Below, piece after piece: positions 52,960 through 64,000 of a DNA stretch of 64,000 bases. The notes below the pieces were generated by a model. That model was not told where the DNA came from, did no database searches, and worked only from the letters and a program-made list of their open reading frames with translations. The translations under genes were made by a program, and so were the position numbers. Each line of letters starts with the position of its first letter. Position 1 is the first letter of the stretch. Source of the DNA: Leucoraja ocellata (taxonomy: Eukaryota); contig JAWMAR010000780.1 of NCBI GenBank assembly GCA_036785375.1, positions 1-64,000 of the forward strand, given 5' to 3'.

Positions 52960-55900
52960 TCAGTTATTTTCACTCAGTTTCTTCCAGTATTCAAAGTTCT
53001 TCTCTAGGTGTGTTATCAAGTTAGGCAGGTCAGCAAACTCTGCAGGCAGGGAGAGACAAGGTCAGGCACTGATGGCCAGGACAAAGCTAGGTATGTACAA
53101 TAAACAGCTCAGTGTTAACCTAAGATGAAGAGGCTGCAGAGAGTACACTGCCACTTGGAGACATCCCAAAGCAGGCACCAAAAGTTCTCGGTGATCACTA
53201 ATGTAACGTTTGAGACCACGTAAGGCCCTGTTGTGACTAGCACAAGCAGAAGGAAAACACGTCCGACATCTTGTAAGTATGATTTATTCCGCCCCACCCA
53301 CGGACACTTCTCCAATGTCACCTGCTCTCGATCACGAGGCACGGCCCTTTATATTAAAGGGGCACTGGCATTTACATATACAGCACATCTCCCCCATTAC
53401 TTTAATTACAATTCTCCCCCTTCCCTTAAATTACCTGATTTATTCCGCCCCACCCACGGACACTTCTTCAAGGTCACCTGCTCTCGATCACGAGGCACAG
53501 CCCTTTATATTAAAGGGGCACTGGCATTTACATATACATCACAACTAATAAATGGAAGATTGAATAAAGAGGCACAGCTTCAGCCAAACAGTGGAGTGTG
53601 GGATGGGGTGAAGGTCCTACCCATCTGGCAGAAACACATCCAACGTGCATCAACGCACTTGGGAAACGAGTGAAATGAAATTGGCGATTGGATGAGTTGT
53701 GGACATGGAGTGGTGGTGACACCAGCATTAGCTGGCTTGGCCTGTTGCTCATCTCATGTTGATAGCTATGTGATGTGTCATGTGCTTTAACAGCAGGTAG
53801 TGGCAAGAAGAGCCTGTGACACAAGTCCAGTTACTGCTTGACTGCACACATGCACCTACAGGCGGGAAATAGATTCACTGAACACCAATCTTTGTACAGT
53901 GCAAGGCACAGTATACTCCCATGCCATTGTTTGACTCCACCATACTCTCAATGTCTAAATGCATCAGTTGGTGAGAAGTTGTCACGAAGATGAGGTTTTT
54001 ATCCCATCTTGTCTAGGTGGTCATCTCATAATGGAATCCCTGCAACTAACAGTGTTTTGAAAGAGGATGGAAGTCAAAGGAAACAAGGGGATGAAATGAG
54101 AACAAAAGGTTTGCAAAGGCTTCAAATTGAATGGTCAAATACAGCTTGCAAATGATTACATAATTAGATGAAATACAGTAAAGTCTGTTCTGGAAATATG
54201 CAGATACTTACCATCCCAGGAACTGAGCATATCTGTTATAAAATAATCAATGAAAGAGATCTGACTCTTGGGGATGTTGCAGTTCTTTCTGTCAAACAGA
54301 GGCATTACCACAGGGAGGCCTTTTTCTTTCTCGTCGTCAGTCTGTGAAAGAGAGACCAGACCATTGAACAAAGGATTAAGGATTAACTAATCTATAATAT
54401 CTAGTGTGTGAAAGAATACTACGCAATATGCACAGCATTAATGAGTTCACCAATTGGTTGGAATGTGCCCTGGCCCACAAGTTTTCTATATAGGAGTTTG
54501 GTACTTGGAGCAGGGAAGTTGGAGGAACAAAAATGAAACATGGCCATGTGAATATACTATCTAGCACACCTCAGGTGGCATGTGATAAAGGATCGCACTG
54601 GACTGGGGTAATATATCCTCTCAAGGCAAGACAAGGCAACACCTGCAAGTGAGATCAGGCGATCTGGTTTGTAAAGACATCCTTTGTTAGTCACAGGATT
54701 TCTACTTCTATTTCCAGTAATTAGTTGGAATAAATCTGTCTGGTCATTCGATGAGGCAGCTGCTTCCCTAACAGGAATGTTGTCTTCTTGACAGGAATCT
54801 TGTTTTCAAACAAAATAGAGGGGCTTTCTCTCAACTTGTTCCCCACAGGCACAGGAATGGAAAATAAGAACAGCCGAGTCCACAAAATTCCCATATTTCT
54901 ACATGCATTGTGCAATTTGTCAGATCAGTTTTGAATCATTTCCTTGATGTCCTGGTCATAGGCCTTCTTAATTTTCATTTTTTAAAGGACCAGAAAAAAG
55001 CAAATGAAACAACGAAAAGCTTTTGACCTGCAATCTTTTAAAAATCACTTACTTCAAGGTGCCTTAAGATATTGTTCATTTTGGCAGGAAAAATAAAAGA
55101 ATGTATTCTAAATGGGCCAGAGTCTGCAGAATTCTGGGTTGAAGAGGGATCGAGGGGTCTTAGAACAACACTTGTAAAAATCAAGAAGGTACATCACGAA
55201 TTAGGAAATCTAACAATGTTATGGATCATTGTACGGGCAATTAAATACAAAGTAGAAAGGTTATGCCTCATTATAAAGGACACTGGCGAGTCTACACCTG
55301 TAATCTGGATTTTCTTGTATTGGACATAGTTTGGAGAAGGTTTACTTGAGTGATGATTGGAATAAGTGGATTGGAAGGTTAATCTTGTGTCCAACGGAGT
55401 GACAGGCAACTTGGTTGAAACATGCAAGTTCTGATGGGCACCAACATACAGTGTTCAAAGCACATTTCTTGTGGGAGAATCAAAACTCGTCGTCACTGCT
55501 TAAAGCATTGAGATTGAGACAAAGTGGAAGTCTTTGGATATCTCCTCAAAGGATGATGAAAGCAAAGTCTCTGAATATTATAGTAGACGATGATAAACAA
55601 CAGGATGCAAGATCACTGGAGCAGGGAACACAGGATTAAGGTTACGCTAGGATCAGCCAAGATCTTGACGAGCAGTGGAGTGGATTTGAAGGTTAGCACC
55701 TGATTCTCCTCCAATACATGTGATTGCTTAGCAGAGGTAAAAGATTTGGCCAACAGGAGATGTCAAACAGGATCAGATGACAGAACTCTGATAGGAAGAG
55801 TTGAAGAGGCAGAATCGTGGGATGCAGGTGTGCCATTTGTGGAGGGGAAGGAGAGTTCAGGAAGAGAAGTTTTAAAAGGAACCAGATATTATTTTATGAT

Positions 55901-58900
55901 TAAAATTTGTACTTGCCAAAACTGCTACTATTCTCAGTTCACTACAAAAAAACAGGGAAAGCATTAAATTAAAATTTCACTCCCACACCTGATCAGCGTA
56001 CTCCTCTGAAATACGATGTGCCCACTCAATATACAGCTTCAGTGGTCTGCAGGGATTGGAGACATCAGCACATTTAATTAACATACGCATGATCAGAGTT
56101 CGGTTCTCAAGAGAGTTGACGGAAGATCTGCACATATTAATACTGCTGGGGCCAACCTGCAAAGGAAAACAAAGGTTTACTGTAAACGCCAAGCAAAACA
56201 AGGGCTCGTGTGAGAGCCACATGCTGCACACCTCCCATAGCTGGACTGAAGGTGAACAGAGGTCCCAAGTGCATATGTTGATAAAATCCTTCACCCTCCT
56301 GTCAGCAGGTTCTGGAGGAGCCTGCCTCATAACTGTACCACATGCCCTGTCCCAGGCTTGCTGCCTGCCCCCCCCCCCCCCCCCCTCCTCCCCCCCACAC
56401 TGCAAGATTGCCAGTTCCTCCACCCAACCCAAAGGCACGTCTTTGAGGAGAGAAAGATTCCACCAGCTTCCGAAAATCAGCAGCTCAGTTCCAATTTCAA
56501 CCATGCTTGAAATGACTAGAATTACTATCTAACAACAAAATCCCAGCTGGGAAACAAAAATGCACTGCATGGAAGGAGGAATTAATTATGAAGAGTTTCT
56601 ACAACCACTAAATTCAGGTCAGGAACACCACACATCCACCCGCATACACCACATGCCACGATGTTTGGCCGGTTATATGCCCAACTTGCAGATTAGCTGG
56701 CAATTCATGGGATGGTGTTTGGCACTAGACGTACAGTTGGTGCAAGAACTGACCAGGACGGCAAGTACCAAGACAAGACATGACTCGTAGGAGAGAAACA
56801 CTTACATCGTTTGGGAAAGAGCAGATTCAGTTCACTGGACTACTGTCTCTCGTTGCATGCGATCATCTACTCCAAAGAAACTGAATGCAGTTTTCTTCAC
56901 CAGCTGACATGCAGCCACATTATTTGAATGCTTTTGAGCTGCTGGTGATGAAGAGTCAGCCTGCTCCAGGCATTTAGACATACTTGTTCTCTGTGGATGA
57001 ACTGGCTCAGTGAACAGTGTTTCCATTACCAGAACAAACTATTGATTAGTGCCTGAAGAGTGCAGCAATATAGGCCCACAATGTTCATTGCAAAATCTCC
57101 TCCCATGTTTAACCTAAGCTCTGTGCTTCATACCGGGGTTGGGAAAGTAGCTATAACCATTACAGCATGGGAAGGGGTTCTTCAATTTACCCACTATTGC
57201 ATCATGTGAAACTGAATGTAGACCAAGGTCATTCCTCGGATGTTAGCATCACTGAGCAATCCATCATTCAGTGCCATCTTGTAAATGGAAATCAAAATCA
57301 AAAGAAAACTGACACTGCAAATCTAAAACATAATAAAATGCAGGAAATACTCAGCGAGTCAGATCGTATTAGCGGGATGAGAAACATGAGTCATGTTTTA
57401 GGTTCAAGACCCTTTGGTCAGAATCGGGAAGGAGAGAAAAAGAGCCATTTAAGTAACAGGAAGGGTGGGGGGGAGGAGAATCTCTTATAGAGTAAAACCA
57501 GGGTGCAAACAAGGTTATTTGGTCAATGAGTGAAAGGGAACAGTTAGAAAGCGAGACCATATCTGCAATTACTGCCACCTTCAAAGAGATTCCACCACAC
57601 CTTCCCTTTCAGCAACTGGCAAGAAGGTTCCCTTTACGACTCCCTGGTCCACACTTGGTCCCACCAACCACCTTGTTTCATACACCACTTCCCTGGCAAC
57701 TATAGGTGATGCAACACTTGGCCTTTCATCTCTTCCCATCCCGCTATCCAGGGGCCCATGTTTTAAATAAGTTAACTGTGAAGGCTGGCACGATGGCGCA
57801 GCATTAGAGTTGCTGCGTTGCAGCGCCAGTGGACCCGGGTTCGATCCTAACTACGGGTGCTGTCTGTACGGAGTTTATACGTTCTCTCCGTGACCGCGTG
57901 GGTTTCCTCAAAGATCTTCGGTTTCCTCCCACATTCCAAAGACTTACAGGTTTGTAGGTTCATTGGCCTGGTGCAAGTGTAAATTGTCGCTCGTGTGTGT
58001 AGGTAGAGTCCACATCACAAGATTAGAAATTGTTCAGCCAGTGCTGAACACACTTCTCGGCATCTGCATACAATGGCGTCTTGTGCTTCGTGGTGGAAAG
58101 ATTGGTGGAATCAGGGCCGTGATGTGAACACTCCTTCCTTGACCCCAGGGTAGTGTTAATGTGTGGGGATCGCTGGTCGATCCGCCTGTTTCTGCACTGT
58201 ATCTCTAAACTAAATTAAAGTGTAAGTTGCAAGCAAGGTAAACAGGTCAATGGGTGAATGAGTGCAACTAGAGAGAAAGAACATAGAAAAAACAATGCAA
58301 GCATGGCAAGTTTCCTTCTTAGACTATGATAATCCAATGGCCTATGGACTAGGTGTGTGGTTAAAATGCCATCACAACATTTAGATTATGAAAAATGGAG
58401 CCCTTACATAAATATTGAATATCACGGAGTGAGATAGTGCAGTCTCCAAGCAGCAGATGCCACACGGTGGAATTGCAAGCTCCTTTTAGGATATGCATGG
58501 GTCTGGGAAGCCGAATCACTGGCAATTTGTCATTAGCTCTCAACAAAACTGGCCTGACCTTGAACCCAATCGTAGGGCTGCTGTTTAAAACCATAACATA
58601 AGCCTGCTCCACTGACAGGATTAGCCACATAGAATCCAGCTCATCACGCTGCTCATGAAAGGAGATCATATCAGTTTGACCTAGAATATGTCTCTCACTG
58701 AGGCCGAGTCCAGTCTCTACTTCAGAGAAGGCATCTCAGAAAGCTCCAGGTAACAATGGCAACAACAGGTCTACACTGAAAGAGGCACTGACAAAATCTA
58801 GCTTTGATAAAAACAAGAAGGAGAAAGTCAATGTCAAGTCGATGACCTATATCCCTCTAAACCTTTCCTATCCATGTACCTGTCCAAATGTCTTTTCAAT

Positions 58901-59238
58901 GTTTGCATTCACTGCAACAAATTAAAAATTACTTATCCAGAATTCATCACTAAATTTGTCTGAAATCAATAATGCATTTAGTTTTCAACTTTTATTTTGC
59001 CATTATATTACAGTGACACTTTAGATTCTAATAATTTAAATACCCTTTATAAAGTGGAATACCACCACAGCAGGCAGCGGAGGTTCACACCATGCTTACC
59101 GTAATTGCACTATCATCAAATCCAGACAAAGGCTTAACGATGCAGTTCATAAATTTGTTGACATGTTCAAAGTGTTTTGTCATCTCCGTGGCAAGGATCA
59201 TGTCAATGATATATTTTCGGAGGACTCTGTAATCGTTC
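52960..59238 (-). CDS. PDE8A: cAMP phosphodiesterase 8A, last four coding exons (C-terminal catalytic domain); gene continues beyond the window end
   Basis: Exons 59238-59100 ([20 protein letters not shown]), 56156-55989 ([20 protein letters not shown]), 54341-54212 ([20 protein letters not shown]), 53039-52960 ([25 protein letters not shown]). PDE8 motifs are clear; A versus B is assigned by proximity to FSD2/WHAMM/HOMER2. Confidence 0.88.
53281..53543. repeat. Tandem duplication of about 107 bp, period 156 bp, in the last PDE8A intron
   Basis: gatttattccgccccacccacggacacttc..gccctttatattaaaggggcactggcatttacatatac starts at 53281 and again at 53437. Confidence 0.9.
57783..58218 (+). mobile_element. 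tRNA-derived SINE (HE1-like) with internal insertion
   Basis: A-box-like tggcgcagc, B-box gggttcgatcc, core cttcggtttcctcccacattccaaagac, 3' tail ctaaactaaa. Confidence 0.8.
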
Positions 59239-59819
59239 CTGCCAAAACATTGTTCCCAATTTAGTATAAACTGGACTTGGCACAACATTCCAAGTTGCCT
59301 CACAGAAGTGTAATAAAAACACACTGATACCAAAGGTGACAACGGGTAACTTTTCAGCACTGAAGCAGACAGAGAGTATGCCCATGATAAGAAGATTGGC
59401 TTTTACGTTTTATGAGTTTATAGGAAAAGGGTGCCCCTGTTTTTATTGCCCATCCTAAATCTCCAGGTGGAGAAAGAAAACATTACCACAAGTGCACCAG
59501 TAATGGAAGCAAGACGTTGCGGGTAGAGGATGTGTTGCTGCATTTTACCAGGGGTGCCGCACGATTAGCAGCGTCTTTTTATTTTTAGTGCATGTTAAAA
59601 GTTTGAGTAAATGTTCTCCAGTTTGTTTTAATGGGGGATGGGGAGGGTTGAGTGAAACCTTTTTTTCCCAATTTCTTACCTTGGACGAGTTGGACCAAAG
59701 GGCTTGTCTGTCTCAAAGGCTCCAAGAACATTCCTCATGCTATGCTGATATTAGGGTTCCCACCAATCCCACTTCACTTCATTACTACATTTTGTGTTTT
59801 TTTTAATGTTAAGTACTCT

Positions 59820-62800
59820 GGACCTGGAATCAAGATCTCGGAGATATAACTTGAGGATTCTCGGAGTAAAGGAAGGACGAGAGGGTAATGAATCTCAAGC
59901 ATGTACTTTCGTTACTGATTTACTCAAAGATGTCTTTGAACTGTCAGAAGAACCAAGAATAGACGTCGCTAACCGAGTTGGGTATGTTGCAAGAGGAAAA
60001 AATTATTCAAGACAGATAATCGTGAAATTCCGTGACATCTCTTCAGTGGAATTTATATTGAAAAAGATCACTCATGGCAAGAAGCTGACATACCGTGGGG
60101 ATAATGTGCGAATATTTCGCAATTACTCTCCTGAGGTCGTCCAGAAAATGAGATTGTTTACACTGGCAAGACACACTTTGAGGGATGTCCCGGGAGTAAG
60201 ATATGGAATTTACTTTCCCGGAAAAATGAAGGTATCTTATAACGGCGTTGAACGCTCATTTGCAGAGCCCGGAAAAGCTTTAAAGTATGCAGAGGACATC
60301 ATTAAAAAAACATCGGGGCAAGCTGCCGACAAAGAAGAAGATTGAACTTTTTACAGAGTTTTGAACTGATTAAAATGGCCGAGCTAACCAGACAATTAAA
60401 AAGCTTATCTCGTTGGAATGTGTTATTCAGAGAGCTTGGTTATATTCAACCTTGGATGAAAAGCTCAAAGTTTAACCCCTTGGCACCTGCTTGTACGGTA
60501 GTTAACCCTTTGGTACCGGCTTGTATGATGTATGGTAGTTATAGAATGGGATATTATGTAAGAATCCTGGGGGGATGTATATTGGAAAGTTTAGATTAGA
60601 TTAAGATTGGATAAATTGGAAGAACATATATACTTATATAATCGTGTATATGTTGTGTTCTATATTTGTTTTGGGTTTTTTTTACTCTGTATGTCTCTTC
60701 CTGATAATTTTTTTTATTTTTTGTTTTTTCTCTCGGCTGTCACTGGCGCTGGTTTGATAAACTCATATAAGAACAGACAAAATATGAAACGGTATGTAAC
60801 TTTTTATGAGGATTCACCAAGGGGGAGGAGCTCAATGTATAACAACATCACAGAGGTCTATACATTTTTTGCCATCATTGATGGCTATTCGTCCTTAAGG
60901 TATCTTCCCTTAGATACCTTAATAGCACCTTTTTTTTTTAAAAGCACAATCAAGATTTTTATCTGTTTAATTTTTTTGAAAGTAATTGTATATCACATTC
61001 TCTTTTTCTTTTTCTAAGGCACTTTACAAGAAGGAGATGCAATATAAATCTAATAAACCGGGATGACCACCCAAGTCCTAAAATTCTGAGGTATTTGGTT
61101 GCACCATATGATTTAGGAATATTACCCTGATTACAATGCAATACGATAGACAAATAAAGAATGGAGGAATTACATTTTGTAGTTGGAATATAAGGGGTGC
61201 CAACGAACCAATTAAGAGGGGTAAAATTTTTGCCCAACTAAAATCGTTGAAAAGCGACATAATGTTTTTATAGGAGACACACATGAAACAACAAACACAA
61301 ATAAGATTAAAGGCGAATTGGATAGGCCAAACATACTACTCCTCATTTACTTCTAAATCTAGTGGTACAGCTATTCTTATTATGAAAGGTATTCCTTTTA
61401 AATTAAAGAATACTATATCAGATAAAGAGGGAAGGTATATTATAGTCTCGGGTGAAATCTATGCAACCCCACTAACTTTGATAAATATTTATGCTCCGAA
61501 TTTTGATAACCCCCAATTTTTTGATAAAATTATTGACATAATATCAGTTTAATTACCAAAATGTGATAATAGGGGGGGACTTTAACTGTGTTTTAGATTC
61601 ATATCTAGATAAATCATCAAAACAAAAGAAGAGTAATTTAAAATCTAAAACTAGCGAACTTCTAAATACATATATAAAAAATACTAATATAATAGATGTA
61701 TGGAGATCTGCTGATCCAGTTGGAAGGGAATACTCGTTTTACTCTCCGGTGCATAAAACTTATTCAAGAATTGATTCTTTTTTAGTGGATATGAAATTAA
61801 TGCTATATACAAACAACCCAACATACCACATTAGTAGTATCTCAGATCACTCTCCGTTGACATTTTCAGTAAAATTTGAGGGAATGCCGGGTAAAAACAT
61901 TTTTTGGAGGTTTAATACACATATTTTAAATGACGTGCAAGGCTATCAATATTTAAAACAACAAATGAAACTTTTTTTCAATACAAATGATATACCAGGT
62001 ACTTCGCCTTCTTTATTATGGGAAACTTTTAAGGCATTTATGAGAGGAATTATAATTTCATATCAAAGTTTTCAAAATAAAAAGAATAAGACAGAACAAT
62101 TGTTGTTAGAACAAGAAATCAGACAGTTAAGAGTTGGATAATGCCAAAGATTCCACGACAGACAAACACAATAAGATAGTATTACTGAAATTTAAACTTA
62201 ATCGAATTTTATCGGCAAGAGTAATAAGACTATTCCAAATTACAAAACAGGAACATTTTGAGTTTGGTGACAAACCACATAAGCTTTTAGCTCGCCAATT
62301 GAAAAAACAAGAAAAGGAAAATACTATAACCAAAATTAAATCAGAGAAAGGTGAATTACTAATACTACCTAAAGATATTAATAATAGATTTGCCCAATTT
62401 TACCAAAACTTATATACATCTAAAATTAAAATAGAAGATAGTAAAATAAAAAAAATTCTAGATGACTGTAATCTTCCAATACTGGACCTTTTGGAACAAG
62501 AGGAACTAGGAGCTCAAATTACAATCAAAGAAATAGGTGAAACAATAAAATCGCTGAAAAATGGTAAGACACCGGGACCAGATGGTTTTAATAATGAATT
62601 TTATAAAAAATTTCAGGAGATAACGACCCCTTATTTAGTTAATTTATACTCCCATGCTTTTAAAGAAAACAAACTACCTGAAACACTAACAGAATCAACT
62701 ACAGGTGCACAACCTTTTATCCGAAAGCCTTGGGACCAGACATTTGTCGGATTTCGGACATTTTCGGATTTCCGAATGGAAGATTTTTAGCGTAGATTAG

Positions 62801-64000
62801 GTAGGTAGCGCGGGCGGCTTGAAAAGTCTGGAGCAGCTGCCTCCTCCCCGGAGAATCATTGCATAAATATTAGTCAGTTAGTTTGGAGGGATTTTATGTG
62901 GTGGTGGTAGAGTAGGGGTGAAGGGGGAAGGGGGAAACTTTAATTCTTAGTCCCTACCTGGTCGGCGACTCCCAACCTCGCGGAGCTGGGGGCTCCGTCC
63001 GGCCGCAGGCTGCGCCGGTTGGAGCTCCGACCCCGGCAACTCTACCCCTGGCTGCGCGGCTCCAAATCCAGCGACGCTCCGCGAATGTTGGGGAGTCGGC
63101 GGCCACAGCGCTCCGGAGCTTGCCGCACGGCGACCCGGTAAAGGCATTGCCCGCTCCCAGTTGGTGTCCCAGCGCTGCGACGCCGCCGACTCCCAACATT
63201 CTCGGAGCTGTGGCGTCCGGCCGCGGGCCGCGCTGGATTTGGAGCGCCTCGCAGCCAGGGGTAGAGTTGCCGGGGTCGGAGCTACAACCGGCGCCGCCCG
63301 CAGCCCCACCGGCCACAGCGCTGCAGAGCTTACTGCACGGCTACCCGGTAAGGCATTGACTGCTCCCCGCCTCTCCGACCAGCTAGGGGACTAAGAATTA
63401 AAGTTTACGCCTTCACCCCTCCCTTCACATAAAAGCCCTCCAAACTAACTGACTAACATTTAAGCAATGATTTACAGATGTTTAAGCGTCTCCCGGTCTC
63501 CGGGGAGGAGGCAGCCGCTACAGTAGTACAGACCTGGGTTGACCGCTGGTCGTTTCGGGTCAAGTTTGGCGGCAAACGCGAGCTTTGGTGCGCAGACGAC
63601 ATCTGGAAAAAATGGCCGGTTTTCGGAGTTTTTCGGTTTCCGGAACGCCGGATAAAAGGTTGTGCACCTGTATTACGCTTATTCCAAAAAAAGATAAAGA
63701 TTTAGAAGATCCGGGCTCGTACAGAGCTATATCACTTTTAAATACAGATCAGAAAATATTAGCAAAGATTTTAGCAAGAAGATTAAGCAAATATATTAGT
63801 AAATTGATGAACCCTGATCAAACGGGGTTTATACCTAAAAGATACTCATTTAATAATCTGAGACGCCTGTTTAATATAATGTACTCGCATAAAGTAGAGG
63901 AAGAAGATATATCAATTATTTCTTTGGATGCAGAGAAAGCATTTGATCAGGTAGAGTGGCAATACTTATATAAAGTACTACAAAAATTTAATATGGGAGA
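59820..64000 (+). mobile_element. Defective 5'-truncated L1-clade LINE in a PDE8A intron, antisense to PDE8A
   Basis: ORF1 remnant 59820-60345 (DLESRSRRYNLRILGVKEG), about 800-bp AT-rich spacer, ORF2 from ATG 61136 with APE endonuclease motifs (SWNIRG, NIYAPN, GGDFN, YSRID, SDHSP) and RT motifs (GKTPGPDG, YRAISLLNTDQKILAK, DQTGF, SLDAEKAFD). In-frame stop (FL*ETH) and frameshifts are present; the element runs off the window. Confidence 0.93.
62702..63670. mobile_element. Non-autonomous TIR DNA transposon (Tc1/mariner/pogo-Tigger-like MITE) inserted in L1 ORF2
   Basis: Perfect 22-bp TIRs CAGGTGCACAACCTTTTATCCG / CGGATAAAAGGTTGTGCACCTG with TA duplication at 62700-62701 and 63671-63672. Excision restores ORF2 (ESTITLIPKKDKD). 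Confidence 0.92.

Noticed and set aside
57783-57855. tRNA gene
   Set aside because: The A/B boxes continue into a SINE core and tail, so this is a tRNA-derived SINE head.
62947-63705. Several 75-120 aa ORFs inside the MITE as a possible transposase
   Set aside because: No DDE/D or HTH motifs; they result from GC-rich palindromic sequence.

Overview
Eukaryotic (vertebrate) genomic DNA. The repeat content (CR1/HER1-type LINEs, HE1-type tRNA-derived SINEs, Penelope fragments) points to a cartilaginous fish, probably a skate or ray; this is an inference. Four intron-containing genes were reconstructed by hand from GT-AG junctions with consistent phases: HOMER2 (+, coding exons 2-9; canonical exon 1 not found), WHAMM (-, complete, 10 exons, 753 aa), FSD2 (+, complete, 12 coding exons including a 23-nt microexon, 795 aa) and the last four exons of PDE8A (-). 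The window ends in a defective L1-clade LINE whose ORF2 is interrupted by a 969-bp TA-flanked, largely palindromic Tc1/mariner/pogo-type MITE. The most notable unexplained items are a 10-bp-periodic array of AGGTCA half-sites with perfect DR4 motifs between the divergent WHAMM and FSD2 promoters, the direct FSD2-PDE8A adjacency, a divergent HOMER2 about 8 aa shorter at the coiled-coil start, and several local inverted or direct duplications. I found no prokaryote-type system (CRISPR, operon) and no convincing novel protein-coding gene.
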